This document shows positions 26,201 through 39,010 of a DNA stretch of 64,000 nucleotides, piece after piece (positions within the stretch are counted from its first letter, which is position 1; every line of letters starts with the position of its first letter). The DNA is from Utricularia gibba. Its lineage: Eukaryota > Plantae > Magnoliophyta. A model generated the notes under the pieces. That model was not told the DNA's origin. It did no database searches and saw nothing but the letters and a program-made list of their open reading frames with translations. Where the stretch lies: positions 1,488,001 to 1,552,000 of the forward strand of contig NEEC01000012.1 in NCBI GenBank assembly GCA_002189035.1, written 5' to 3'. A program made the position numbers and the translations under genes.

Positions 26201-29200
26201 TATAATGGATGACAGAGAATGTAGTGAATCTAGAGACACCAGTCACAAACCATGAGGAAATTAACAGGAGAATTAATTTTCAAACCAATCAATCTGATGC
26301 ATAACAAAATAAATTGCATTTTCACCTTCGGAATCCCTGGCAATGCAGATGGATATTGCTGTAATGACCCAGAGTCGTCAGCACTATCTGCTCCATCACA
26401 AGAATTTCTATCCATCAATGTGTGATGCCGCTCCTTGCATTCTTCAGCATTGCGAAATACACACTATTCATTTAAAAAACGTGTAAAAACATAAGAAAAT
26501 CAATTTTTGCTCACTCAAAGACAACATGAACAAATCAGCAAGATAATACCTTAAAATGCAAAGCACTATTAAAAGCGTCACTGATAAGCTCCCAGTTAGG
26601 TCCATGGTCATGTACCAAGACAACAAGTGCCTAAAAGAGCATAACGTTAAATGTGCAAGGCCTTAACTATCAACACAGGAAAAACAACTGCAACTCGAAT
26701 GTAAAGGAAAAATCCATCTACATGCTACACAAGGATATTTAAGGTAATCAAACCTGATCCTCAAAGACAGACCACGGGCTCTCAGATCCTGGCTGCCCTG
26801 TAGAAATCTGAAAATAAAATAACATAAAATTCTGGAGCTATTGAGATAAGAATCTGAAATTTCCAAAATAACCAGGAAAAATGAAAAACCTTTGGTCCTT
26901 TGACTTTCCTTCCATGGTCTCGACCAGCAAGAATCTTTACCAACTTATTTGAATTGTGCATATTACTGAACTGTGAGGCCACTGGAGAAGGAAGGGATAC
27001 ACCAGTTTGAATAGGATTATCAAAAGGGTGGTCCCTTGATTGTTGCAAAACCTTGGGTTTCTTTATCGTTGGTTGACCAAATAAACCTTTACATAGACAC
27101 CTAACAGTTAGAATGCAATGGAGAATTGCACAAACTGGAAACTAAAAACAATTTAGACGGAAAAAAAAATACCACCATTTCCATTTGATTCCAGCATATG
27201 AGCCTCGGATCTCCTTCTAAAGCGAACCCTCTGTAGATCAGAAATTTAACAGGGTTACAGTCACAAAACTAAACCTTTATGAATTCAAAATAGTTTTCTA
27301 CTGGAGTTTTCCCTGCATAAAGGTTTCGAAAATAGCCAACACAGTATGAAAAAAAATACTTTGGATAAAAAAAATATAAAATATCCTAATCGACCCTGAA
27401 ATTTTAAGGAATGATTCACCTGCTGTTCATGGAAACTTGATTCAGCTTGCCATCGTGGATCATAGTCATCGTTCTGGAAGAAAGACCACCATAAAAAAAT
27501 CAACAGCAGAAACTTAACCAATAAGAAGACTTAGTAAAGTTTCAAAATACCATATGCTTTGCTTTTTTCTTTTTAGGCACCACTGATACTTCCACAGATT
27601 CAAAAAGTGATTGTTTTTCATAATCCCGGGAAGAATCATTCTCCAATGTGTTACGGTAAACCAAACCAGCACAAAATGGACCCTGATCATCTTGAAGAGA
27701 ACTTGTATCCCCATTCAGTGCATCTACTTTATTTTGCAAATGAAAGGATCCAGATGGCCCTGCACTAAATGGGCTGATAACTCTTCTGGTAGCCGTTCGG
27801 ACACGTTTTGTTGGGACTGAGACATTAAGACTGCTACCAGGTCCTTTTGCTAATGAACCAGGCTCACATTTGACTAATTTGATTTCAGAACGTTGGAAAG
27901 GTGAGCCAGAACTTGCTTCATATGATCCCATGCCATGCCCATGCTTCAATTGTTTAATCTTTTTTCTACCGTATCTAGAAGGCATACTGCTGTCAAATGC
28001 CGCTGCCAAGTCAAAGGTTCTAGTTTCTCCCTCATTCTCATCATATAAATTATCTTGAAATTCAAAATCTGCAGAAGATCTCATTCTCTTAAAGAGGAAG
28101 CACAACATTCTTACAATATGTAGGACTTAAAGATACTTACCAATTCCACCATCATAAGCAGACATCTCTGATTCCTCCTGCACATAGCTTCCAATTGTCT
28201 GTGAAATTAGCAATTGAAAAAAAAACAAATTAGGCTTCATTTTGCTTCGTCTGGTTCATTGCTCTTAGCATGTTGGAATATGCGATCCAGGAACAACAAA
28301 ATATCAAAATTGGAGAAGAAGCAAATATACAAGAATAACGGGAAGAAGATATTAAGGAGCAAAAATACTACCTCAATATGAGCGATGTGGGACATAATTG
28401 AAGTTCTATAGGTTTCCATCGATCCTGGAGGGGCTGTATAGAAAGTTTGTTCCTGCTTAACAGACAAGCGAATAAAATAATTAATGTTCGGAAGGTTCTT
28501 ATTTTTAACATAGACATAAGTTAAAAATCACAGAGACATTTGAGGTACTCAAAATTGATCATTACATAAGGAGTAACATCTTCCGGGAAGTCTGGAAGTT
28601 CCCAATCAGAAGTACTATCTGGTTTTATTGGTAAATCAGCCCTAAAAAATTGGGAACTTGGTTTATTAGACACGATGAGCCTGGCAGCATATGCTCTAAT
28701 AGGATTATTCCTTGGATTTTCCTGCTGCGTGATTTCACCAGTCCCCTGCAAAAACTGCAGACTTTTAATATCAAATATAAAGAAATGGGGACTCATCTTT
28801 TCCAGATCCCACTAGCAGAGCTTATTATAGTAGATTGCCTAATGAACTAGTATGAGGAAATGATGTAAAACAACACAGCTAGAGCTCAATAAACGTCAGA
28901 TGATAGAAATATGCTTCAAAAAATACAAATTTTTCAAGGCAGCATCGCATTCAAACCTTCAAAACAACAGAATCCCAGAACTCCAAGACAGCTTTAGCCA
29001 AGGTATGAGCAACTATCTTAGCACCCATGCTTGAGGTTGTGGCTTCTTTCCTAGCTTGACAAGCAACAGCAGCTTTGAAGGATATTTGAGCGGCTGCAGC
29101 TATTTTCCACATACGCTCCTAATTACATTTTAAAGCTCCTTATTATAAAGATGTACTATCGAAATCAAAGTTACTCAACATATAAAACAAGCAGATGAGA

Positions 29201-31446
29201 TTCATCCAAATATTTCAAGTGAATAATCTTCCATGCAAGTCACAGATAGAGAAACACAACTATTTCAAAACCTGTGCGAAATCATTTGAAAGCCATGCCA
29301 TTTCTTCAAGCACATAACTCCAATGTGATCTCCGTTCAATCTTTGCAGGCAAAGCAAATGAAGAGAGCTCCGCAATTTTTTTTCTTCTTGCCTATTTTAG
29401 AGATTGCATAACATGTGTTGAGCCAATAGGAATTCCAGGTACTCAAAAGGCATCAATTTGAATGAACAAAAATAAAGAAACTTGTCAAGAATAACCTCAA
29501 TGAGTTGTGCCTCTTCCAGAATTGAATTCTCATCAATGTTTCCTTCCAATTTTGAATCACATATAGGAGTTTTCAGTTGATCCACAGCACTTGAAACCAT
29601 ACTTGACACAGTGTGCATGGGATTCGAATAATTTGCATCAACAGAATCCTTATGTCTATTGCTACAAGATGTTTCGTTTTTTGCATTTGGATCCTTTCTA
29701 CTGGGTTCTGGCGCATCAGAGTGACAGATCTCCAATTTATCGACAGTCACATGTGCTAGCAACGTACTAGAAGTTGATATGTTTTGTGCTGAGCCTTCTG
29801 TTGTTTGAAGTAACAAACCATTTTTGGGTAGATTCTGAGGGCCATGATCAGTTTCCTGTGTGTTATCTTTCTTCGTAGTTGCAGATACCTCATCAGGCAT
29901 AATATAACTTTTGTTGCTCACGGAGGAGTCAATATCATTTACTGCAGCCACAATTTCATTAGTGTTACTTACGGCACTAGTTATCCCTGCTCCCCGGTTG
30001 ACCACATCAGGTTCTAACGCATCTACAGCATAAGTATCATTTGCTAGGGTATCAGGACTCTTATGAAACTCCATTTTCTTCTTGAAACCATTTGTTTCAT
30101 GTGCTGTCATCTGAACATCAACTTTTCTTGAGATCATAGACAGCTGACTATCACAAAGTGACTGAGTTTTCCCAGCCATCGTTTCAGTTTCATCTAGCAT
30201 ATTAGAGTCCATTCCCCTGGGGCTTCTTATAGCACTAGGTTGTTCTTGGCTCTGTTGCTGAGGTGAAGGGTTACTCGAGTCAGTATAATCTGGCTGAGTG
30301 TGCTGTGGAACACATTCTACAGGGTTTTTCATGATTTCAACTGACTTTGCACCATCCCCATCCAAATCATTGAGACATGGCTCACCAGAAGTTTCATTCT
30401 TTCCCAGACCAGCCTCAAATGGACTTATAGAACTTGACAAAACAGCCACTTTTGTATCCTCATTCTCCCCTTCAGCTTCCAAATCTTTTACATCCCTAGA
30501 GCTGAGGTGACATGATAACGAGGTTCCATGACCCCCACGAACAGAATCCACATTCATTGTACTAGACCTATCTCCATCGCGGCCATGACGGGATCGATAC
30601 CTCCTTTTGTATGCTTTCCTAGGTAGAGTAGAAGCAACTACATCACTATGTTCCTTTGTTTCATTTATTTTCAATGACAGGTCTACTGGCACATCACTCC
30701 TGCAAGGGCGAGATAAACTTCGGCCACCTTCAGAAAATTCAGTCTCAGCATCAAAATACATGAGATTGTCAGCGCTGTTGGCTTCTGAAGGAACTGCCCC
30801 AGGTCCACCACTTGTTTCCACAGAATCTCCATGGGATGATGTTGCTAATGCAGAACTACCCTTTGCATCACTACATTGTTCAAGAAGAAATAAAAAAACC
30901 GTAGCAGAATAGAATGATAAATTAATATTTTTTAACATAAAACCAATTTATTAAAAATAATTAACTATTCTGGATTTCGCCAACCACTGGTATGACATGC
31001 AGAGTAAATCCAAGGAAATTACTTGGTCACTAGACGATCATTCTGGAGATCAGTCACTGAAGTTGACTGAACGCTAGCTGAGGTGACATATTGAAGCTTG
31101 TAGTCTAGGAGGTTTCCACCCTGCAGAAAAAAAAAAAAGAGATCCAGCAATGCAAAAGAAAGTAACATGGAATCAGAAATCATACACATATATGCACCAC
31201 ACCTTCTCAAGAAATTCCAATTCTTCTTTGGTTTCATCACGAGCTCTATACTTTTGACTGAAACGAGAAGGATGGAGTCAGAAATCAGAACCCAAAACCC
31301 TGAACAAATGTTGGGGTGGGGCCAGAAGTTGTAGTAACAAAAGAATTGTACCTAAGTTCTGCTTGAACCTTTTTTATTACTACTTTCCGGGGAGAAGTGT
31401 CATCAGCAATCCCAATCCCGATTCCACTTTCAACAGCTCCTCCCAT
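23243..31446 (-). CDS. EAF1: Chromatin modification-related protein EAF1 (NuA4 scaffold; HSA + SANT/Myb + Q-rich tail), with a 1-bp frameshift in the last coding exon as assembled
   Basis: 21 coding exons reconstructed: 31446-31352, 31257-31203, 31120-31023, 30870-29496, 29391-29272, 29118-28957, 28745-28566, 28452-28372, 28198-28141, 28068-27551, 27473-27420, 27230-27173, 27086-26890, 26807-26754, 26630-26550, 26463-26326, 26182-26066, 25400-25309, 25216-25043, 24971-24608, 24465-23243. Motifs: SMGG...TSPR...KVQAEL, ELEFLEKGGN, HSA (HWSYVLEEMAWLSNDFAQERMWK), SANT (PWSVFEDQALVVLVHDHGPNWELISD), PGIPKGSARQLFQRL. The last exon is 1223 nt, not a multiple of 3. Confidence 0.9.
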
Positions 31447-34400
31447 AGAATGATATTCAGCATTGACTACGCTAAATCATGATGGAGGGCATCCATTCAT
31501 TCCCCATTTCAACAGCCATGCATGACCTTCACCATTAACTACAAAGGGCGAAACATCTTCATCATAAAAAATACCTTTTTGGCACTAAGCCAGTACCTTT
31601 TCTTGGCAGAACGTGTTCCTCACTCTATCGAGCGAAGTACTCATGAAAAAATTCACTTGAATAGACTCCAAACACATGCGCAATACTCTGGAGCAAACAC
31701 ATCCAGCATAGGGCGGCAGAAATTGGCTTTCCATGTCACATAAAAAAAAAAACCACGAAGCCAGATTTCCCACAAACGACACTTTTACATAATCAAAGAT
31801 TCGAATTTCAGCAGTCAAAGCTGCATTTTCCATGGTGGGTATCCATCAATAAGTGCTGATGCTATTGCTAAAATTACTGGAATCTCTATAAAAAAATCAA
31901 CAGCAATTTGTGGATGCTTTATACAATCATACATCATGCGTAGTCCTATTGTTCAAAAAATATGACCAGATAAGCATCTTCTGGGCAAGTGGAAAGCATG
32001 ACATAGGCACTACATGTTGACAGTTTGCCACCAGAATTCAAAAAGTGAGGAACATACTATCAAAGTACCCCACTTTTCCTAGTTTCAGCAACATTTTCAG
32101 GAAATCAGTGTTTCATATCACTTACAGATATGAAGCTTGAAGTGATAAAAAGAGTAAATTTTATTAGATATAAAAGAATCTGAGATAGGGAAAATCAGCC
32201 ATGCACCGACATACACAAACAACAGAAACCAGTTTACACGTGATAATGCTGGTTAACCAATCATAAGCTCAACAAAACGTAATTATAAACACCCCCAAAA
32301 ATATAGCCGTTCACCCTCCCACCCCCTTCCCCCCTTCAACACCTGAGATTATCCATACATGAATAACCAAATATTACGGAAAAGGGAAAAAAAAGGAGTA
32401 AAGAGCCTGCTAGCACACCTAACCAAACACAACATCAGTACACCACAACCACTAGTCACACCATGGACACATATGCGTACTGCAGAAAACCTAGTCTGCA
32501 AATGCAACTAGAAACAACAAGAATGCATCCCACAAATTCGTCAAATAATTGAACCCCTCCATCAATCAACAGACGGGCATACTAGGGTTTCAAGTACCTG
32601 ATTCCTCCCGAATTCTAGGGATTGCAAAAAATGCTGGTTATTCCAAGCTGGGCCAGAAATTAACCCTAAACTCCACCCTCTCCACCTAGGGTTACCGTTT
32701 TCTGATGCAAATAAAAAAATTTACATCCACCGAGAGCACACAGCACCCCTATTCCGGCGAAACAAGAATCAAAGCATTCCTGCGCTTAAGGGAGCCCAAG
32801 AGCAAATAGATATCGAGGAGTTGGAATGAATATGGCTGTGCCCTTGCGCGAGGCAATAACAAGCAATGGTAGATAAATTTGATTGTGTTGTTTACAGACT
32901 CCTTCGTCTTCGTTCTTCTTCGTGAAATCAATTTCAATGTAAATTAAATTCTTTTTTTTTTTTAAAGTTCGGCGATTACGTCCACTTTATCGTTACAGTG
33001 TACTGTGACTGTCATCAGGAGTGAAACTCCACAGAGCCCACGTTAAAATTGCCTTGCCAATGCCAACTATAAAATAAATAAAGGATAAGATCAATTAAAT
33101 ATCATATTATATTTAAAGGCTACTTTTTTGGGTGTCTTGATGTGTAAGTTATTTTTAAACATTTTTAGTGCTAAAAGTCAATTTTGCCCAAGAATAATTT
33201 AATTCCAAAAGAAAACTTACTTTTTGAGGAAAAAAAAAATGTCATGTTGATCACTAAAATCACATGTCCAAACACTTTTGACCAATCTTTAACCACACTA
33301 CCATCATCATTTTTTTCTTACAAAAGCTATGTTATGCGAATATGGATATTTGGATTTGTAGACACATGGATTCACAAATTAGAATGCATAGATTCATGAA
33401 AATAAAAAAATCTAATACATTTAAAATATAATCAAATAAAAAATAACTCATACTTGCAAAAACAATCGAATAAAAAATTAGTCAATTGATAAATATTATT
33501 TTCTTTATATGGTATTATTTATTTTAAATATTCAATCTTCATAATTGTATATTTTTTATTTTCAAAAAAAATTATATAAAATTAGAATAATCTATAATTA
33601 AAATTAAAATTAAACCAAAAGGGAATCATCTCTAGCGGCATGGAGGAAGCAGTGAACACCTAACGAAGGAGTTGCATGGCAAATGATCTATGTATGGAGA
33701 GACCTTTTATGGTAGTTGATGGGAGGCATGCTTTATCAAATTTAGTGGATTTCATTGGAGTCCAAAATGATCATCCCATCCATCAAGGATGGTGGGAACC
33801 TATTTGTGTTATAAAATGATGTTATATTCTTATTATAGTTGTGTAGAATAGTAAAGTGCAATGAGTTACTGTTGGAATATGGAGCAAAGACAAATCTAGG
33901 AGATCGTAACTTATCCATTTATGCAACGGCTATGTCATTAGAAATCACAATAGAAAATGGTTGTATAATTTGTAGCTAACCATTAGATTTGCTCTATAAA
34001 TTGGACGAATATTGTGTAAGATTGTTAGAGAAAATTTTATTACAATAAATGAATTGCCTTCTCTCGTGTAATATACCAAAATTTTACATGATATCAAAGC
34101 AAGGTTGGGTCAAGTATCAACATCAAGGAGAAAACTACTATTGTTGTGATAACTCAAGCCCGTGAGTGACATAAGACTCTACATTTCTTTCTAACAACTC
34201 CACTTGCAAATTATGGCATCTAAAACTACATCTCAAATGCAACTTCCACCACTCATTTTGAATGGAAAAGATTATGATACATGGGAAAAGAAAATGAGGA
34301 ATGACCTCATTCTTCATGATTTATGGGATACAAATATCAGGCCCTCTACGAAATAGTTCAATATCAAAGAAAGAGAATCACTACTATCCAAGAGAGTGCA

Positions 34401-37400
34401 GTAATAGCAGTTGCATGTCACATCATAATTAGCAATGCAACACCAAAGGAAACCTAGTTAGCTCTTCAAAAGAAATATGGAGGAAGTGCATATCAAAAGG
34501 AGAGGGAAGTTCAAAGTCTTCGATGAAAGGCTGATGGATTGTGTGAAAAGACTCATTGCCTTTGGCAAGAAGATAGAGGACAAACAACTCAAAAATAAGA
34601 TCATCAGTGTCATAACCAATAGTTACAAGAAAATGATTACCTCCCTTGAGGATAGTGGTGCACTCAAGGCTATATCTCCAAGGCAGCTACTAAAAACTCT
34701 CATTACCTCTAAGATGAAGGTTGCAAACAAAGGGAGAGGAATCTTCAGCAAATAAACAACATTCAATACCACTTATAAAGCAGAAAAACACTAAAAAAAT
34801 AACTATTAGAGGAAGAATACCTTTGTAGTTATAAGCAATGCAAGAAGAAAGGTCATCTCCCAATAAATTGTTTTTAAAATCCAAAACCACAATACACCTG
34901 CTCGAGGAAAGGCCATGTGGAATCAGTCCGACTTCGAAAGAAAATGCACATGAAAAACATAATAAATATAGATCCTTCTATCCTAGAAAATGTAATTTTA
35001 GTTTTCAAAATTGCTTCCAAAAATTCTAATGAAATAAAGTACAAGTTGATATTCATATGCTTCACAAAGATAAAATTATAACAAATTCTCTACTCTAAAT
35101 ATGAAAAAAGTCTAGCTACTCAATATTGGAGGTAGCAACCACATATACAATAACCTAACTCTTTTGCATCACTACTCAAGTCAACAAGAACTGGAAATAA
35201 TAAATGAAAAACTTATCAATATAATAGGTAAAGGAAGTATTTCTCTTAGTATTGAGTATGCAACCTTTTACATCAAGGAAGTATGCTACTTGTCTAAACC
35301 TTCACATATTTTACTGAGCATAGGGCAATTCTTGATGAAGCAGTATGAAGTACCTTTTAAGAACTGCAAGTGTGTTGTGAGTACATCATATGAAATGAAG
35401 GTTCTGAAGATTCCTATGATTAATAGCATGTTTCTGATACATGCAAAAATGGTGAGTACCCTAACAACATTGAATGAACAAAAGACAATTAGAATGGTGA
35501 AGTATGTTTAGCTACAACTAACAATGGCATTATTAAGTGACATAAGAGATTCAGACATCTAAACTACCTTTCAAAAAATTTAGGGAGTATGTCAATCTCA
35601 TCACAAGAATCAATTGATCAGATCATTATGTGCAATCTATCAAATAGGTAAGATGCATCGACTATCATTAAATACAATCACTTTCACAATAAATCATAAG
35701 CTACAATATATCTCACTGACATCTGTGGATCAATGTCACTAGAAACTCTAGAAGGAAATGGGTTCTTCATTTTCTTCATTAATGAACATTAAAAATATAC
35801 TTGGGTGTATTTTATAAAATACAAGTAAAAAGTAATAAAGAAATTAAAAATCCGGAAAAGATCTGTTGAAAACAATAATAAAGAAAATATTATGGACTAT
35901 TGTCTTAAGCATTAGTGTGTATGACTTATTTTGTAGGTTATAACATAAAGTAAAAGTTTTACATACTACATCTACTTGTTTTAAAACTTAGGATATGTTC
36001 TTCAAAACTTTTATGCTTAACTTTTACTTATAGAAAAATAAAAATTATTTTTTTTCAAAACACTCTTATTTTCAAAAATATTTTTACTAGAAGTATTTTT
36101 AAAATCATATAATAAAAAAACTTTTGCAGAAGTCATAAGGTGTGTGCTTTTCAAAAGTTTATAAAAACTTTTTCCCTCAAATCCATCGGCCAACATTACA
36201 GGTATTGAATTAATAGTACTTTTTTTAGAATTATTACTTACGATATGGTGTGATTTTTTTTCTATTTTTCAAAGTCTTGTTTTTATTTTTCCATATCTCA
36301 TTCAAAAGAATGGGGCGATTTTGTAACTGAGGAATTTTCAGTTGAATTCTTTGAAGAAAATTTATCCTTGTACATTGCATAAAATGAGCTCAATTGATGT
36401 CTGCTTTTTCAATGGAATTAATCCATTTTTCTGTTGGTTGTTTCACCTTTGTACATGCTCTGTGATTAGGTTAGGCATTGTCTTGAGTCTGTGAACCGTA
36501 GGTTACCTTCCATTGATCCTTAGCAATTGAAAAAAGTACACTTTAATGTATATTTATTTATGGTGTAGAGACATGCCTCTCCTAGAAGCTTTCAACCCTA
36601 CCATTTCATTGAATATTGACCCCATTAATTGTGGTTCTTCTCTCTTGTTTTGCCATCTCATTTCTCTTTGCAACCTTCTCGGTTCCTCAACTACCTGTTT
36701 CTAATTTTATTTTGTCACTGAAAATTTATAGCATGCTATTAATTATTTTTATGGAGGTAACAAGTGATAAAGGGAAAAACAGGTCTGCACCAAGTGCCAA
36801 TACTCAAAAGAAACATGCAACTAAAAAATACAATTGGGATTTACGTAGTATGGAAATCTACCTTCCACTTGCTATAGAGGAGATTGAAAAAGGAAATTTT
36901 TGAAACACATAATTCAACAAGGAAGGATGGGATAATCTATTGAAAGGATTAAATAATGAATTGTGCTACCAATTCGATATGAAGCAACTAAGGAATAGAT
37001 GGAATACTTTTCAAGAGCATTGGTCATTGTACAAGAGGTTGAGTAATATGACAGGTGTAGGATGATATGAGGATGGTTGGACTATTAAAATGGATGAGGA
37101 GTGATGGTAACTTCGAATTGAGGTTAGCATTTAAGTTTCTTTTGTATATTTGTTAAAAATGAAATGGTTTGTTATGTTTATTTGGTGCTTTAAAATTCAT
37201 TATTGATAGTTTTCTAAATATGATGATGTATTATTGATTGTTTTATTGCGTATTGTATTATTTTTTTTTCTTTATATGACATTATTGATAGTTTCTAAAT
37301 ATGAAGATGTATCATGGTAGAAAAACTCAAAGGCTAAGGATTTTAAGGATACACTGTCACTACTGCATTCAATGATGGAAAAGGTTTTTGATTCTGTGGT

Positions 37401-38308
37401 TGGATATGCTCCGGAGTGCTATATATCAAATGCAGGTTTAAGACGGGTTGAGGAAGATGGAAATAGTGACTCAATAGATAATGGGTTAGCTAATACTTCA
37501 TCATTAGATGCTTTACAAGCAGATGAACTAATTCGATCAGATTTTTTAAGTGATACCCCTATGCCTCCAGCTCCACCATCAACTCAAAAGAAGCATAAGG
37601 CTCATTGTAGAAATAGTGATCGTATAGTTGAAGCTTCAGAGCGATGGGCGAAGGCATCTGAGATGGTATCTACGGTTGCAAGCAGAAAGGAAACATACTC
37701 CATTGCAAAGTGTATAAAAGAGTTGAAGACTACCCCAAATATTGTTCAAGGAAGTGAGTTACGACTTTTAGCTTTGGATTTGTTTCACCAACCGAGCAAT
37801 AGGGAAATTTTCCTTTCAATTGATGATCATGAGGACCGCTACACTTGGATTGTGCATGCATCTTCCAGCAATGCTAGCACTTCTACATTTTCACCTGATG
37901 TTACTTGCTCATATCAAAATGATTCAAGAAGTAGATTTGATCAGTTTTTCTATTAGATGTCATTTCTTCATTAGAATGGATGTTAATTTTCCATTAGAAC
38001 ATTGCAAGCTTTCCCATTATCTTGTTCTTTTGTATTTGAAAGACAATGCTTATGGAAATATATTGACTTACATTGGAGCTGTTAACCATATAAAACATAT
38101 ATTTTTTAATATCTTAATTCATTTATAATCATATAGTACCTAAAGAGGGATCATGAATGAATCTCCAGAAGCCACGATTATACGGCATGGCACTCAAAGG
38201 AGGCGTAGTACCTAATATGCAAGCCACGAATATTAAAATATATATAATGTAAATATGTTATTTATTAAGTCATATAATAAATATGAAAGTTTCTTAATTT
38301 TCAATTTT

Positions 38309-38594
38309 ATTAACATTCGACCTTTAGGTATACTTTGGATCAAGTGCATATTCATTTTCTTTTAAAAATTAATTAGCGTTCGACCCTTAGGAGTAATTTG
38401 ATTCGAGTACATATTCATTTATTTTAAATCTTAATTAACGTTCGACCCTTAGGAGTAATTTGGATCAAGTGCATATTCATTTATTTTAAATCTTAATTAG
38501 CCTTCTACCCTTAGGAGTAATTTGGATCGAGCGCATATTCATTTATTTTAAATCTGAATTAACATTCGAGCCTTAGGAGTAATTTGGATTGAGT
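38309..38594. repeat. Tandem array, ~62-bp unit, ~4.6 copies
   Basis: Unit aattaacgttcgacccttaggagtaatttggatcaagtgcatattcatttattttaaatctt, starting at about 38309, 38371, 38433, 38495 and 38557. Confidence 0.95.
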
Positions 38595-38836
38595 GATGCT
38601 GTGTGTGCACACAGGCATGGTTTATGCATAAACCACACCCGTGTGACCTTGGCATGCTGCTGTGTGTGCACACGGGTGTAGTTTCGTGTGGCCTTGGCAT
38701 GCTGCCTAATATTTAATGTGTTAATAGATTTGTATTTTTTTAATACATTAATCAAGACATATGTATTAAAATATATTTTTTGGTAAACATTTGCGAAATT
38801 GCATTCAACCTAGAACCGACTCATGAATATCTCTAT

Positions 38837-39010
38837 TTTTTTTATTTCTACATTCATTTTCAACTACATGATATCTAGACTTTTTTTCATTCATTGTTAA
38901 CCACATAATATCTAGATTTTTTTATTTCTACATTCATTTTCAACCACATAAAATGTAGATTTTTTTAATTTATTTATTCATTTTTAATCACATTGTATCT
39001 AAATTTTTTT
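38837..39010. repeat. Tandem array, ~45-bp degenerate unit, ~4 copies
   Basis: Repeated ttttttt-atttctacattcattttcaaccacat.atatctaga motif just upstream of the transposase ORF. Confidence 0.8.

Noticed and set aside
33130-33275. Possible Tourist-like MITE (gggtgtcttga ... tccaaacac)
   Set aside because: The terminal match is too short and degenerate, and no clean TSD was found.
38309-38594. CRISPR-like look of the 62-bp array
   Set aside because: The units are contiguous near-identical copies with no unique spacers, there are no cas genes, and the context is eukaryotic. It is a minisatellite inside a transposon.
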